A stretch of 64,000 nucleotides of DNA from Paragordius varius (GCA_964247055.1 OZ176052.1:3410001-3474000), one strand, 5' to 3'; positions 24,075-38,956 are shown, counted from the stretch's first letter. Translations and numbers: made by a program. Notes: generated from the letters alone by a model not told the origin.

Positions 24075-27000
24075 TTTACAAAAATAAATTTTGGCAAAAA
24101 ATAATTATTAGTATCATTGTTTGCCTTTACAAATTATTTTTTAAATGATTATGTAGCTGTCTCGATATTTCAAAAACTATTAATTGTTTTTTGTATATTA
24201 AATATTTATAGATTGGATTCTTAAAGTAAAATCGTTTTTTTATGTTTATATTTCTTTAAATGCGGCCCGTGAAGCCATTGTTGGAGACGACCCCTCTAAA
24301 ATATTTCTTTTATTAAGATAGTGTTATAATGAAACATATAAACTAACCAAAATAAACATATTGGAATATATATATATATATATATATATTATAATTATTG
24401 AGTATTTTTAACGAATAAAATTGTGGAGAATCATTCATTATACTTTACCAATCATAAATAACAGTTTAAGTTTAACATTACTCTTATTAGTTCAAAAAAT
24501 ATTTTTATACTATGATATTTACTATTTTAATATATTAGGTATTAGAGCCTCAAATAATGTAATTGAATCTCATCGACCCCAACAACATAATATTACATCC
24601 TTGGCTTGGAATGAAAATATTATTGAAAAGTATTCATTTGTATTTACCGTTTATGTATAATAAGTCAACTTATTTTCCAAATCTTTAATAATAGATAAAA
24701 ATAATTAATGACTTTTATATTTTATAATTATTTTTTAAAATTTTGTTTGAAATATATTTTATCATTATTATTTTCTATTGTTTTTAGTTTATCCATAGAA
24801 AATGTTAACATGTATCAATTTTGGATATAGTTTAGGTTAATAAATTTTACGAAAATTCCTTTATTTTCTTTGACAATATTTACAAAGTAATTTAACTATT
24901 GTGTTTTTTGGGCAAAGAATTAAAGTATACATGTTTTTCCAAAAACTTTTCACAAAATAAGTTAAAATTTTTAAGAAACTGTTTTTTTGTGTTTTAATAT
25001 TTTTTTGTCTAGTTTTAAGGCATAAAAAGGTTCATTAGCTGACCTATAATTATTTAATACAGTATGCTCTTAATGGTTGCTAATTTCCGACTATAATAGG
25101 GCATTTTGCAACACAGGAGTATATGGAAAAAAGAATCAAATAATTATTTATCCAACATTTATTGTTTTTCCCATACACTACTGTGCTGCAAATTGTCCGA
25201 CTATAGTTTCAGCAACGATTAAAATGCATACTTTAACTCAAATTTTATGATTTTTTTAATATTCTATGCGGTGTCTGTGTTTTTAAATTCATAGTTATAA
25301 CAATGGTTATTTATGCATACGTATATAACTCTAAAAAGTAAATTATTAATTTCAATAACAAATAAATAGAAACAAATTATTATAATGAGAAATATTATTC
25401 TATATTCAATATTATTCACAAATCCTCCTATTTTTCAAAATGATTTTGTAACATATATGGTGTTATAATTTTAATTTATAATCATTTTTTTACTAATTAT
25501 TTAATGTTTCTAACCAAGATTCGTGAAAAATATGATAATGCATAACTAATAATATATTATCATAATAGCCAGCAACCCACGAATAATGTATTAAGTAATG
25601 AATGGCCTTTAAACCACAATGATGTTAATATGACTACTCCAAATAAATTGCTATTAACAGAAAATAGCAATTTCAATCATAATACTGAAAAATGGGAAGC
25701 TTTTCCCTCAAACACAGTCAATTTTACAAATGGCAATAGTCTATTCTCATCCTATAATGAGAAGGTTAATAGGGAGAAAAGATTAGAAAAACCGAATTTT
25801 GACCTCGAATTTGATCCGTTTGCTTTGCATGACCAAAAGATAGGTTTTTGTTTTACCTTTTTTTATTTATCTTGATTCCATATTATAATTAAGTTAGTAT
25901 GCAATTTAATGGTTGCTTATTTTACACTTTAGTAGGGCGCAATTTGAAACACAGTAGTGTATGATAAAAACAACAAAATGTTAAATAATCAATTATTTCC
26001 TTTCATTTTTCCATACAGTCCTGTGTTGCGAATTGCCCTACTATAGTGTGAAATAAGCAACCGTTAAAATGCATATGTATATATTGTTAAAAAATATTTA
26101 TGGAATAATTACTCGATCTGCCATACAAGTAGGTTTGAGAAAAATCAACACAAAGAATTCCTCTTATTATTCAATATACATCGCTAGTTTTTCATTTATT
26201 TTGACCGATTGCATATAAAGAAAAGGGGTTATCAGCTCAAAATTATTTTTTTCGTTTTTTTACGGCCATTAACTAATAATGATTTGCTATAAATTCTATA
26301 CGGTAATATTTGATGAAAAGTTAGCGATGTAGACCATACTGTATTTTATAAGTGTTTTCTTATTTTGTTTTTCCCTTTTTAAAATCTATTTGTATATACT
26401 TTTTTCAGTTCAAAATAATATAAAACTTAAATGCAACACAGTAGTGTATGGAAAAAAAATGTTGAATAAACAAGTATTTCCTTTCTTTTTTCCATACACT
26501 CGTGTGTTGCAAATCGCCCTACTATAGTGTGAAATAAGCACCATTAAAATGCATACTGTATGTATTAAACCAGTGGTACTCAACAATTTGATAAAAATTT
26601 CATTATGGTTTAATCTATCTTCAAGATTTATTTATACAAAAATTTAAAACAATTCAGGGCCATATAAAGCTTTTTAAAGGCCGCCACGGCTCGAATACCA
26701 ATGTATGGAACTTTGCCCTATTTATGTGTGTTATCTGAGTTTAATTGGCGAAATTTATCAATTTTTCCAACATATAAATGTCATGCCTGGCTATACAGCC
26801 AATGGCTTTAGCACTAACACACAGGTCCCATCCTCTAAAATAAAATGAAAAATAAATAACCGATATACTTTTTATGTGCATAGAATATTCTGACGCAACG
26901 TTTTTCTAATATATGCATAAAATTAATGAAACTTTAAAAACTGGTTATTTTGAATATAATTGTATTAACTGGCTTTGTATTAAAAATTTATTACATTTTA

Positions 27001-29222
27001 TACTTATATTGTAAATCCTCACTGCAGAATACCCAAACTCAGCGTCTTATCGACAACAGAACAACAATAATCTTAGCAATTATAATGGAATAAATGACGT
27101 AGTAAACGCAATAGGTGATAATGGGTTTAATATGTGTTCACCCCCTCCTCCAATGTTACCCCCACCGCCCCCTCCTTCTGTAATAACACAAAGTGAAGTA
27201 GGGAATCTCGCTATGTGCAATGGAATTACAGTAACTTAATTTTTCCTAAATAGTTTTTCCAGATAATTTATAAATAAAAATTGTTAACTTTTAGCAAAAC
27301 TTAATCCTTGGTGTATAACATCAATCGTAATTATATATTAAATTACAGTTTAGAGTCTCTTTTTTCCTTTTTTATTAAAGGGTAGGGACTAAAATTATAT
27401 TCGGGCATATGAAGGCTTAACACTCGTTTGCCTGCCCAGGGCTGACAGTGATGATGGAAAAAATGCGTAGTTTCGGGGTTCAAACTCAGGAGTGTAAGAG
27501 TCCGGCGACCTACTTTTTATCTTATATATTATAATAAATATTTAATAATTATAAAATGGTTTAAAAAACCAAATTTACATGAACGATATAAAATTAATAT
27601 ATAGGCGCTACAAGTAAAAAAAGATTTCGCTTAATCTTAATGTTTTATACACATTCATTTGATATTTACAGTGTTTGTGATATTTTTCGTTGAATAATAT
27701 ATTTCCTCAATTAACGATCAATAGAGAACATATTTTAATGCATATTCAACAGTTTTATTTTTCTTTTAAATGGAATTTGCGATTAATTTTATTTTTAATG
27801 CTAATTTGATCTAAAGGGCTCATAAATTCATTTTTATTTTGTGATCTCCATATCAAAATGTAATTTACTTTGAATCTTATCAGTAATTTAATTGATTGGG
27901 CTAGAATTTTAGTCGATTTATGCGAAGATATATCTCTGCAAATTTTATCGGGAAGTAAGAGATGATGTAAAAAATTATGCCTTTTAGTTTAGTACACTTA
28001 AATAAAGTAGTACCACATATATTAACTTTTCGAAAAGAGATGTTAGTATTATTTATTTTGCAATCTAGAAATAACGAAACAAAAAAATATTTTGTAAAAC
28101 TTTAATCCTAGACGATGCAAAAAACGGCACAGCATAAAAATTAGAATTCAAAAACATACGTCTGTTTCATATTTTTTAAAATGTGTTTTGTGTTAAGGTA
28201 CTCCCTACAAAACCCCCGCCCATTCCACCTCGACCTCATCATGCTACACATTTACCGCAAACCAATAATGATATTAATAATGATGATTGCAATATAAATT
28301 TATCACAAGAGCCTCATAGTATTAACTCATCGCTATTCAAAGATATACCAACTCACCTAATGAATACTAATACGAATGAAAACAAAAAATTTAACATTAC
28401 CAATCCTAGCAATTTTAACGAAAAAACTGTAAATTTCAATAATTATACAACAAGTTTTACCAATGATAGCGATTCCTGTTACAACCATATTATGAAAAAA
28501 GAAAATAATGATAGTATTAAAATTTGTTTGCCCCAAAAAACTCAAAAGAAACCAACAAGTCACCAAGACAATATTTCAGTTAGTAGTATGTCCTCACTTG
28601 GTTCATATGATGCCAGTTTAGCTCCTACAACAATTGTCAAAAATGCCGACACTATAAAAGGTTAATTAATCTTATATAATTTTCTAAACTTATCTACAAT
28701 GTAAAATTAACAGCAGAAACAGTTTAACATTTTAGTATTCCAGTTTTTTAATTTCAGACCTTATCTGCTGTCTTACATATTACTGAAATTATTGTTTTTT
28801 AGTATATAATTAATAAATTACCGTTTATGATCCCTTTTTTTCTTAAATAATGGAATTATTTTCCGGTTTAGGGCTAACACGATAAGCATTCTCCATTTGA
28901 TCAATTCCATTTGATTTTAATTAGCCTATTGCATTCATTGACTGGTTGTAACCACGAATGTTTATATATAAATAGATGCAAACCAGTTTATATTTTTAAC
29001 TAATTAGCTCGTCTGAATAAACTAATCTGAAAATCGATTTACTTACCGTCTTTATTGCAATGAAAGATTAACAGAATAGTTGCCCTTTGTACTAATAATC
29101 CATTTTTTATATATGTAACATTTTTTATATTATTTTTAGCTGCTAAAACAAAATCTGAAGCGCTATCATCTTCGTGTTCTACATCATCTATTCCGTCCTC
29201 GGTTGAAGCCAATCTCGAATAA
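21603..29222 (+). CDS. dab: Disabled (Dab1/Dab2-like) PTB endocytic adaptor, about 612 aa, 10 exons (21603-21753, 21778-21908, 21933-22022, 22047-22181, 22754-22970, 24539-24629, 25569-25843, 27028-27230, 28198-28660, 29140-29222)
   Basis: PTB: YNCKFIG..RGKAVCQEALQNLK..HKQKIIFKISLNGI..HPVNRISFVSKDTKDNRCFGY..AEIVVTAIHDLF. Disordered tail has DPF, WEAF and PPIPPRP motifs. All phases are consistent. Confidence 0.88.
22381..22657. mobile_element. TA-flanked MITE (TIR TACCATTT, internal AATTCACCC repeats), in Dab intron 4
   Basis: ta|taccatttg...aaatggta|ta with inverted aaattcaccc / gggtgaattt arrays. Same family as 53163-53452 and a fragment near 23460-23519. Confidence 0.8.
25060..25233. mobile_element. 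About 175-bp palindromic MITE, copy 1 (opposite orientation to copies 2 and 3)
   Basis: Long TIRs starting cagtatgc..ttaatggttgct and ending agcaacgattaaaatgcatac. Confidence 0.75.
25895..26077. mobile_element. Same MITE family, copy 2
   Basis: tagtatgcaatttaatggttgcttatttt...aaataagcaaccgttaaaatgcatatg|ta. Confidence 0.75.
26430..26558. mobile_element. Same MITE family, copy 3 (left end truncated)
   Basis: tgcaacacagtagtgtatgg...gccctactatagtgtgaaataagcaccattaaaatgcatactg|ta. Confidence 0.75.
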
Positions 29223-31798
29223 TAATTTTCAAAATAAAATTTTAGTGGTTATGATTGGAGAGTTGAATAATTTTATTTTTTATATTGTGCATCAATTATA
29301 TTTTCCAAAAATATTTATTAAATAAACTCAGATAGATCACTTTTCAAATGTACAGTAATATTATTATTTATTTTTACATGCCACTTATCTTAATTGAAAA
29401 CTAATGTTATATAGTTAATTATTTATGCACAATTTCATTATACGCAAACAAATAATTACAAAATTAGGAAGTTTGTTTAATATATTTGAATGTGTGCCAT
29501 CAATATGCAAAGCATGTATTATAAATTAACTGTTTGACTGTTTATAAACCTATTTTAAAGGGTTTTTAATGGTTATCTTATTAAGCAAAACATATATCTT
29601 AAGATATACCATATTTTAGACAGCCCAATTAAGCACTACATAGGATATAAAACGAATCAAAAATGGTTTAATTTTTAATTTTCTTATCACAGTTTATTTA
29701 AAATATGTTAAAAAACTCATACTTAATCTATTCATTTGATTTGTGCGAAATTTAATACAGAATTTGCCTTTCTTGAAAATATAATTTTTTTGTTAAACTT
29801 TAAATTATAATGCAGAGATATATTAATACCGTAAACACACATTTAACATGGGATGGATATTTATAATTCTATACTCCTCACAATGAATTAAAAAAACTTA
29901 TCGATTATTAAGTTTTCGAATTAAACACCGTATTTAAAAAAGGAAGTTTAATTCAATATTTATTAATATATAAAATATACTACATTATATTTATAACATG
30001 GCTTTTGGAGTTTTTTTGTGTACACAAAAAAAATTTATAATTTTTTTGTGCAAGTTTGTAAATCGATCGAAAAATATGATGAATGAAATATATGATAGAA
30101 TTGATAGTGGACCAACTAATGGAAAAAAATAGAAAAGTAAAAATGTTTATATTGTTCTAATGCGCTTTTAAAGGAATATTTTATTTATAATAATACTCAG
30201 ATCATGACAGTTTACCAGTTAAGGTATTACAAACTAAACAGGGCAATTATATCGGGGAATATAAATTGTATAAAACAAATGGTTGGTTAAACTACTAATA
30301 AATTTTAAATTTGATGCAAAAAAATTATAAGATGATATCTAAGCCCCTGTTCCCTTCCAAAAAAACATATTTGAATAGTGGTGTATGCGTATTTTGAAAT
30401 ATATATATTTATTCAATATGTATCATGAGGTTTGGGTAATTAACAGTATATAAGTTTTTTATTTGAGGAATTAGGGTAGGGTTTGCTATATAAATGTTAA
30501 TTTTTACGTTATATATGATTTTTATTAACTAAACAAAACTAAATAATGGTATATGAAGTGAGCAATACATGTTTAATGGTCTCTATGTTTATACATCAAA
30601 ATTACGAAAATGGAAAAAACGTATATATTGTTTATGTATAACTAATATTCAATTTTTAGGGTCGCCGCGTAGCAATAATCCAGTTGAGAGACGCAATGAA
30701 CAATTAATGTTTTTATTGAGTTTTGGACAAAATAAAGGATTTTATGTTCGGGCATATGGACAAATTTAAGGATTATATGTTACTAGCGACTAAACATTAT
30801 ATTAATTTACCAAAAATATATTTCAAAATAATAATAATAGTATAATCTATCACAATCACATGTTTTATATATTACTGTAAATCTTTGATATATTGGGGGT
30901 ATTGGATTAATGGAAGAAAAATAATTATTAATATAATGTGAATAGAATATACAAAAAAATTTGACAATTTTTTTTATAAATTTAGTAAAAAAAAACGGCC
31001 ATATACTGATCAAAACTTGTTTCACCCTTGAACAAAGTGTTGAGTGTTGGAACATATTTTGATGTTAAGAGGATTTGCTTGCTAAAGTTAAGAGCGATGG
31101 TTTAAGAAATAATCTCCCATATTTGTGAGCCTAAATTGGTAATAGAATATAGCTTTGGTTTTTTTTGCACACGGCGGTATTCAAAAATGAAATAAATAAA
31201 TATTCAAAAAATCCCAATACAATAAAAATTGAAATTAAACATAGAGCACGTAAAAACTGCTAGCAAACATGGTTTTAAAGTACAACCATACTTTTTTAAA
31301 TCTCTATTTTCCCAAATAAACTACTTAATTTATTTCGAGTGTACTACCAATTATCTCATTTCTTTATTTGCGAAAAAACGCTAAGAATTATATATTAAAA
31401 GTAAGGAAAGTTTGTAATTATGATTGTTTTTTTCAAAAAAATATTTGTCTTTATCTGTATAATTTGTAATTTGCATAGACATCCTATTGCATATATCAAA
31501 GTTACATTTTATAAATAAAAATGATATTGGGCAAAAAGTGCCAGAGTGATCGTATATAAATTTAATAAAATTTATTTAAAATCCGCAAGTCAGAAAATTT
31601 ATTTGAATCGCATTGGGTTCAAAATATTTTTTTTACATAATAAGATTAAACTTTAGTTAACTTTATATTTTATATTGCTAGCTTTTTATTAAATATTGCC
31701 AGGTAATATATACAGATATAATTATTGTTAAATGAAAAGTATATCGGCCATGCTTGCTGTATATATTCCATATATCATGACTTTGTAAAAAAATTTCA

Positions 31799-33828
31799 TT
31801 ACTTAAAACATTAATAAAAAATACCGTATCTCTCAGGAATTCATTAACTTCATCTTGAGACAACGGTTGAGTGTCTAAATGAGACATATCGGACCAGCCC
31901 ATAGAATGTAGGAATCGTAATTCTTCGGCCCCTTCAGGCATCTCCAATAAATCATCCGCTAAATATTCGGTTGTTTCTGAGTTCGTTGTACTGCTCGCAG
32001 TATTTTCAGAAATAGTTCGTTCATTAACGACCCTTTTCTTACTAAAACTTCTTTCATCATTGTTTGATGATGTCGGCGGGGGCGGTTGATGAAATTGGTT
32101 AGTTTTCGAAATGTCAATATTGACATTATAGTTGTTGTGATGAGTCATAGAGGTAGAGTCATTTTGATACTCATCTCCATTTTGTAAATCATTTATATGA
32201 ATGGGGAAGTTTTGATCCTTGTGATTTCCATTAGTGATATTATTACCATTAACACAAGAGGAGTTAAGAGGGGGATATTTTAGATTGCTATCATTTGTGT
32301 TTATCGTATTTTCATTATGATAGTGTGTTATGTCATTTGAATAATATTTTGAGCTATAATAATCAAAATTAGTTTTATGTAAATTGGAAGTTTTTGAGCT
32401 TTCTGAAGCGGTACATGAAGAATGGCACCAATTTGGTCCTAGTTGAAATTCAGATGTATTCAACGTTTTGGGTTGAAACTTTATGTCATTATAATCATAA
32501 TTATTGTTGGTATTATTTTCCAAAGAATTTATAGCAGTATTTGTTGCAGTATCAAAACCATTTTGCTAAATATACATTTATAAATGTATGTCTAAATATA
32601 TCAAAATGCTGACTTAAACACAAATTTATAATCAAAATAGAACAATGAAAATGGCAAATTATCAATAAATTACGTATCAATGATTTGATTATAATTAAGT
32701 TCGTATAAAACTTATCCCAAAATCTCTAAAAATATAGTCATGGACAGTATTGTAGTAAATATATTAATGTTACTGAAATAATATTTTGGGATATTTTATA
32801 AAAGTCAACTCAAAAACGTATAAGATATGAAAATATCTTATATTTTAAATTAAAATGAATTTTATTGGTTAACTTAACCTTAACGCTAATATATACTTTA
32901 TATGAATAAGAAGATTCGTATGAAGGCGTTTGATTGGTCGTGTTAGGATAATTTTGGTCAGACGATTGTGTAGTATTCCCATTCATATTAGAAACAGAAT
33001 TATAGCGTTGAAAATCAGGATCCTCTCTAAAATTTGAAAAATGAGACCCGTTATGGAATTTAGCATCAAACGAATTATAATTTTTCATCTCAGTGGTAGA
33101 ATTAATATGATTATTGTTGTCAGAACCATGATTTATATTAGATGTACCATTATGATGATTGGAAGAATGGAATGAAACATATTTTTGATTGTTTGAGAAT
33201 TTCAAAGGATTATAATTCATATTATTTGTATAAGGCGAATGACCATTTATTGAATCATTGCCGTTGGTGTATACATTTTCTGGTAGTACATTATTGGAAT
33301 ATACATTAAATGCATTTGAATTACAGGCGTTACGAATATGAGGTCGTGTATTCCCAAAATTATACTACAAATATTATTTAAAAAATATAACTTGATCTTG
33401 ATAGTTCCATCGGGGTCTCGCATAAAAACGTGGGTCTAGATTTGGATTAAATGAGGGATTGGGATATTTAAATGGACCTAATATTTTTTAAAACATTAAT
33501 ATACCTTTCAAAAATTGAGAATTCGGAAAATATGCTCGTGTAAATGGAATGTTTCGTAAATGTTTGTTTTGAAAATTTTCAAATTTAGTAGCACCATTGT
33601 ATTTATAAGCATTATTAAAAGGGGGTTGATATCCATTTAGATTTGGACGATTATTAACCTTAGACAAGGGTATAAAACTAATAATTTTATTTTTTTGATT
33701 AGAATCTTTCTGTGAGTTATCATCGGATTTAGGTGTATTCTAATAATTAATATAACATTTACTTCTTTGGTTGATTTTAGCCATGATGGAAACAAATTTT
33801 GATCAATATTGCCTGACTCGGGCTCCAT
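31799..33828 (-). CDS. Asn-rich protein with vasculin/GPBP1-like C-terminal motif, about 532 aa (exons 33828-33763, 33739-33505, 33477-33392, 33364-32897, 32565-31825, stop 31801-31799; alternative unspliced stop at 31678)
   Basis: Phase-consistent splicing joins the 33637, 32810 and 31678 ORFs. C-terminal EELRFLHSMGWSD..PLSQDEVNEF resembles the GPBP1/vasculin motif ExRLLKxMGW..PLTEDExxEF (recalled). Gene model is solid; family call is moderate. Confidence 0.6.
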
Positions 33829-34689
33829 AAACAATATTAGAAAAATATATATACAATTAATTTGACATTTTTATATAAGATATTTTAGAAATGCTTATTA
33901 AAAAAGAGGTAAATATAATAATATAAAAAAAGATGTTTGATTGTCTTAGTGAGTCATATGAGCGATAAATTACAAATTAGCCGCATTATATAAAAGATTC
34001 GATTAATAGAAAAAAGGTTCCACATATTTGTAGAATAACACTTCATTATTTTTTACTTTTTGTCCTAGTTTACCTCAATTTTGAAAATATTCTACACTTT
34101 TGAAAGTTATTTTGGATGAAATTAATTTTAAAAACATTGTCATGAAAACTGTGTCCACAAAAATAACTAAAATTATATATAAATTCTCATAGAAGATTTA
34201 TCAGGGTTATCATGATGCTTTTTGTTTTGGCTCTAAGTGTGATATAATAAAGTTATTTAAACTTTTATGGTAAGTACTCCATATCTGAAAAGGGGAAAAT
34301 TTGAACACATTTTTTTAATAAAATTTTTTTGGTGAAAGCTTAATGCTTCATTATAAAAATTATCCTAAAATATATCATAAACTACCTATAAAGCAAGACA
34401 ATATTTTTAAAATATTTTAATTTTTAGATGTAAGCTCCGAAAGTCCCAATTTTTTTGCTCTTCTAAAATGGAGGAGTTCTTTTTAAATAAAAAATGCCGG
34501 GATTGCAAGAAAATTTTAAATATATGGTAAATTTTAAATACAAAAAATATTTTTAAAAATAATTTTTGACAAGCATTTCTATTTCTCGAAATTTTGGATA
34601 AAATATTCGTTAGTCCTTAAATTTATATCAAATATATATTGTGTTTTATAGAAAAATTCGTCAAATTGCTGAACTCGTTTTCACTTCAC

Positions 34690-37030
34690 TCTGCCACAAG
34701 TTCCTATAGGCCAGAAGGACATTATCAAACACCTTTTGACCTTAAATACATATCACCGTTGCTCGAAATCTGAATATTAACCATAAATTACCCTTTCAAC
34801 AAAGCCATTTTATCCTTGGATGTTATGGCGTCGCCGTTACATTAGTATTCCAATGAGCCACCTTTTATCGGAATTAGGCTTTAAATTAACCGGCATTATC
34901 TTATACCATTATCCTTGGAAATTCATATATCGAAAATCATTTTTCCCATTGTTTTTATTCCTTCGGCTGTTATGCTGTTAATTATCTCCACCCATATCGA
35001 AAACTCGACTACCAAAACCATTCAATATTTACTACTTATGGGACCGGCAATATCTAAATGAAGTCTTATATTTTAAAATTTTAATACACGGGATTCGCAA
35101 AAACATTTGTTCTGTTCCTTTCACAACTCAGACAATCGTGGGCTATTCTTTCAATATCCTTAAATTTTCGGTCACACCAACGACCTCGCTGGGTTTCTCA
35201 TAGCAACAATGCCCGGCGGCCTTGCATGAGAGCCAAAATTTGTTTTCATGCCTCTGTAGTGATAGTTAACCGATTCCCCACACAAGCCATCAACTTGTTT
35301 TAAATTACTTTTTAAGGCTTTGAACTCGGATAATTTCGGTGTTAACCAATTATTTTTGAGTGCACTTCACAATCTATTATAGTATCATCCAAATATTTTT
35401 TTTATTTGGGCTTTTAAATAATCCGCTATGATTTGTCGAATTCGATTGGCCACACATTCGTCATCATTGCCCGTTGGTTCCTGGTTTTATGGGAGTCTCG
35501 AGAAAATATAAGCCATATATGTCGAACCCAGCAATATGTTTCACATCAAAATCATACCCTGCAGCTTTGTATATCCATCGTAACAACTTAAAATTTTTGA
35601 TGTCTCCCAACTTCCTGCTGTTACCTAATAATTAAACCAACGGTTTTCGGTCAGACCAAACCTCGTCTGGCCATAAAAATAAAATGGAATTTTTCCAAAA
35701 AAAATAATATAGCTTTGGTTTCTAATTTAATCACAGAATAATTTTTCTTCATATTTTAACATTTTAGTGCGAATGCTATACCATTTTTCATTTTCAATTT
35801 GCAAAAATACTGATCCAAAAGCTTTTGTCGACGCATCCACTACTATCGTATTGTTATTTAAGTTATATGTGGCCACTAATGACTCTCCTGATATCAAGTT
35901 TATAGCTCCCAGCAATTTCTTTTGATGATCTTGAGATCAATTCCAATCCTTATTGGGTCACCGATAGTGCATGTAAACTAACTTTGAGATGTAAAGTCGG
36001 GATAAAACGCTCATAAAAGTTTAACAAACCTAAAAGCGATCTTAATTCTGTTTTGTTCAAAGATATAGCACACTTTATAATAGCATCAATCTTATCCTGG
36101 ACGAATTTTTTGTTCCACACTTCAACCCCAAAAATTTTATATTGTTTTGAAGCTTATGTTCTCTCGTTAGTGTCCTTTCCGAACTTGCTAGGCTCTAATT
36201 AAGATTTATATCATGTTCACCCTTAGTGTTTCCGACATTCAACACATCATCGAGGTAAGCCATAGCGCTCTCACAATTTTTAAGTACATTATCCATTATT
36301 TTTTGAATTTGACGTTTTTAACCCAAAATGCAGACGATTAAATTAATAGCCAATGGGTCGTGGTATCTTTTAAATCGATGCACAAAAACCACGTGCCATC
36401 CAACTGTAGGAATAATCTGCGATATGTTATCCATGTGATCATTAATGAGGCGGAAATCCGTACACAGTCTGATTTCGTCATTGGTTTTCACTACATCAGT
36501 AGGCGCAGCCCATTCCACATGGTGTTGGGTGTGATCTACAGCAATCAATATTCCCAAATCTATTCGCCCCTGGACTTCTATTACCACTTTATTATGCAGC
36601 GCTAATGGTATTCGCCGGGCGGCCCACACTTTTGGTATCGTATCCGATCGAAAATACAATTTAACTAACCGGATCACCATTGTAGCAACCGGTTTGGGAA
36701 CCGTTTGCAGATATCATTGTTATTATTAATATTGGTCAATATCTGATTAAAGATTAACCGGTAAAGCCATATCACAACCAATAATACAAGGTAAAAATAT
36801 GGGAGACAACACTTCTTCCGTCACCAATCATTCTAATTTTTAAATGATATTTCTTATAGTAACCTCCTTATTCACAATTTCCAAAAGTTTAATTGGATTA
36901 TTTCCGTAAACGTAGGCACATTTTAGTAACGGGCCCCACCGTTTTCCAGACATTTTTATTAAGAAAGCAGCAGCTCCAGTATTAAAGAACATGCTAACAA
37001 CTCGGCCATTAATCCCATTTACCTAAATTA
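34690..37030 (-). mobile_element. Decayed Ty3/Gypsy LTR-retrotransposon pol (PR-RT-RH-IN order); LTRs not identified
   Basis: Minus strand gives FFNTGAAAF (protease DTG mutated to NTG), EWAAP..EIRLCTDFR, AYLDDV (YLDD at 36246-36257), VVDASTKAFG (RNase H), HARPPGIVAMRNPARSLV and RLHLDIAGP (integrase). Many stops and frameshifts. Confidence 0.88.
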
Positions 37031-38956
37031 GCGTTCATATTATCATCATAATGTTTTTTTAAAAAAGAGTGGCATATTTTACCGAATGCGGGAGTTGGGT
37101 AAATGAGATTAACTACATCTCGGCTTCTAAAACGCTAGCCTAATTTTTTACATTTATGTGAGATTACTAAAAACAATATTATCGAATCCATGGTGATAGA
37201 TTTTCTGAAAATTAGCCTTAAATCAAGTATATTTCCCTCATGCGAGTTAGAACTATTTTCTCCTAGTCCGGAAAATTGTTTCAAAATATATTTATCAGGT
37301 GGCGCTTAAACAGAAGTTAAAGCTTTACCCAGGATGTTATTACAAAATGCAATATTTTTGACTTAATACGGGAAGTACTAAAAACCTTCTTGATTCTATA
37401 AGGCCTCACAGGTTTTCTGAAAATCAACTCAAGCCACATTATTGCTATATGGTGATAAGTATTTTACAAAAAATGATTCCCTTCAAGAGGCTAAAAAAGA
37501 ACTAACTTAAATTTCAATTAAATGGAACTCAGAATCTAAGCCAAATTTAGCTTCGAAACCACGTATTTTTTTAAATTTGCGCATTTCACGGGGATCCTCA
37601 TTGAAAAAACGCTGGACCCTTTATACTGGATATACCTTAACCACTCTAAATTTTAATAATCTAGGCTTGGGCAAAAATAGGTCACTAAAAAGGCGTCCAA
37701 ATATAGAAGCTAGCTTATAGAGAAAATACCACTTTTTTAAGCGCATTTGTCCAAAATATACAAAATTTATTCTCGAATTAAAATGGACTTACACGTTTTG
37801 CGGAAAATTATCTGAAATACACAATTTTTGGGATTTTCAAAAAAAATATTATTACAAGTGGTCGGTTGGGGGTACTTAAAAAAGCAGCCCAGTAAATTAG
37901 GCGCATTTATACAAATTTTTTATACTATTTTAAAAACGGACACATATTTTTTCCCGGAAAATCGTTTCAAAGTCAATATTTTACTTTATCTTAATATATA
38001 GATTATCTAAGTAATTCCAAATCCTGCGATTTTTTGATATTGGGTATTTAGCACAAAAGGCGAATATTTTTATAAAAAAATCATGCCCAAATCCAAAAGT
38101 ACCATGAAAATCTTGATAGATTTATCTACCAGAAAATGTTTATTTTATGAGGATTTTGCAAGAGAAATATGAAACTATTTTTTTACGGTGGTGGAACTGC
38201 ATACAGGGTTGATTCCAAATATGACTTGACTGTGAACGACAATTTCAATGCCATTTAAACCTTTAGATTGTTGACGAAATATCAATGATCGAAACAAGTA
38301 ATATATTTTAAATTTGATATAAATACGCCATCCTTTAACAAAATCTATAAGCTAAAGAATTCCGGGCATATATTCAAACATTAACTAACGGAGACATGGT
38401 CATAACTAACAGGAGGAAATAAAGTAAGAGTAAGACCAAAATGAATGGCTTAAAACGATAAAAATGAATTTAGGACAAAAAGAGATGGTCGATTCTAAAA
38501 GACACTAAACGATTCGGTATTCCAAAGAAAGGCGATATCGACTAAAAAGGCTCACAATATGAATATAATATGGCCATTTATTACCGTAACACGATACTAT
38601 TGCCATATTAACTTAATTAACCATCAAAAAACAAAATTCATACACACATATAAGCACAAAATTATAACAATATCTAAAACAAAAATTGACGTAGGTTATT
38701 AATTCATATAATAGGCAGTCTTATCAGTTATACCCCAGGCTTCAAGAATAGCAAAGGCAAAGCGAAGATGAACAAGTTATAGTCATCACATGACAACTTA
38801 AGACCAATTGGAATGGTGCTTTATAACACAGAGCGTTGAAAATTAAAAAAGGTAGAGATATATGTCGAAATATGGTGTTGAGGAAAGTTGCCGCAAGTTA
38901 ATTGAAAAGATGAAATTAAAAACATCGATGATAAAATCAAAGCAGACACATCCTGA

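Noticed and set aside
27430-27503. tRNA/SINE-like (ggttcaaactc) or C/D snoRNA-like (gtgatga) segment
   Set aside because: No cloverleaf, no convincing A box and no terminal box D.
30640-30715. Integrase-like peptide GSPRSNNPVERRNEQL
   Set aside because: Resembles the rve PxSNGxxERxN motif but is too short and isolated to support a feature.
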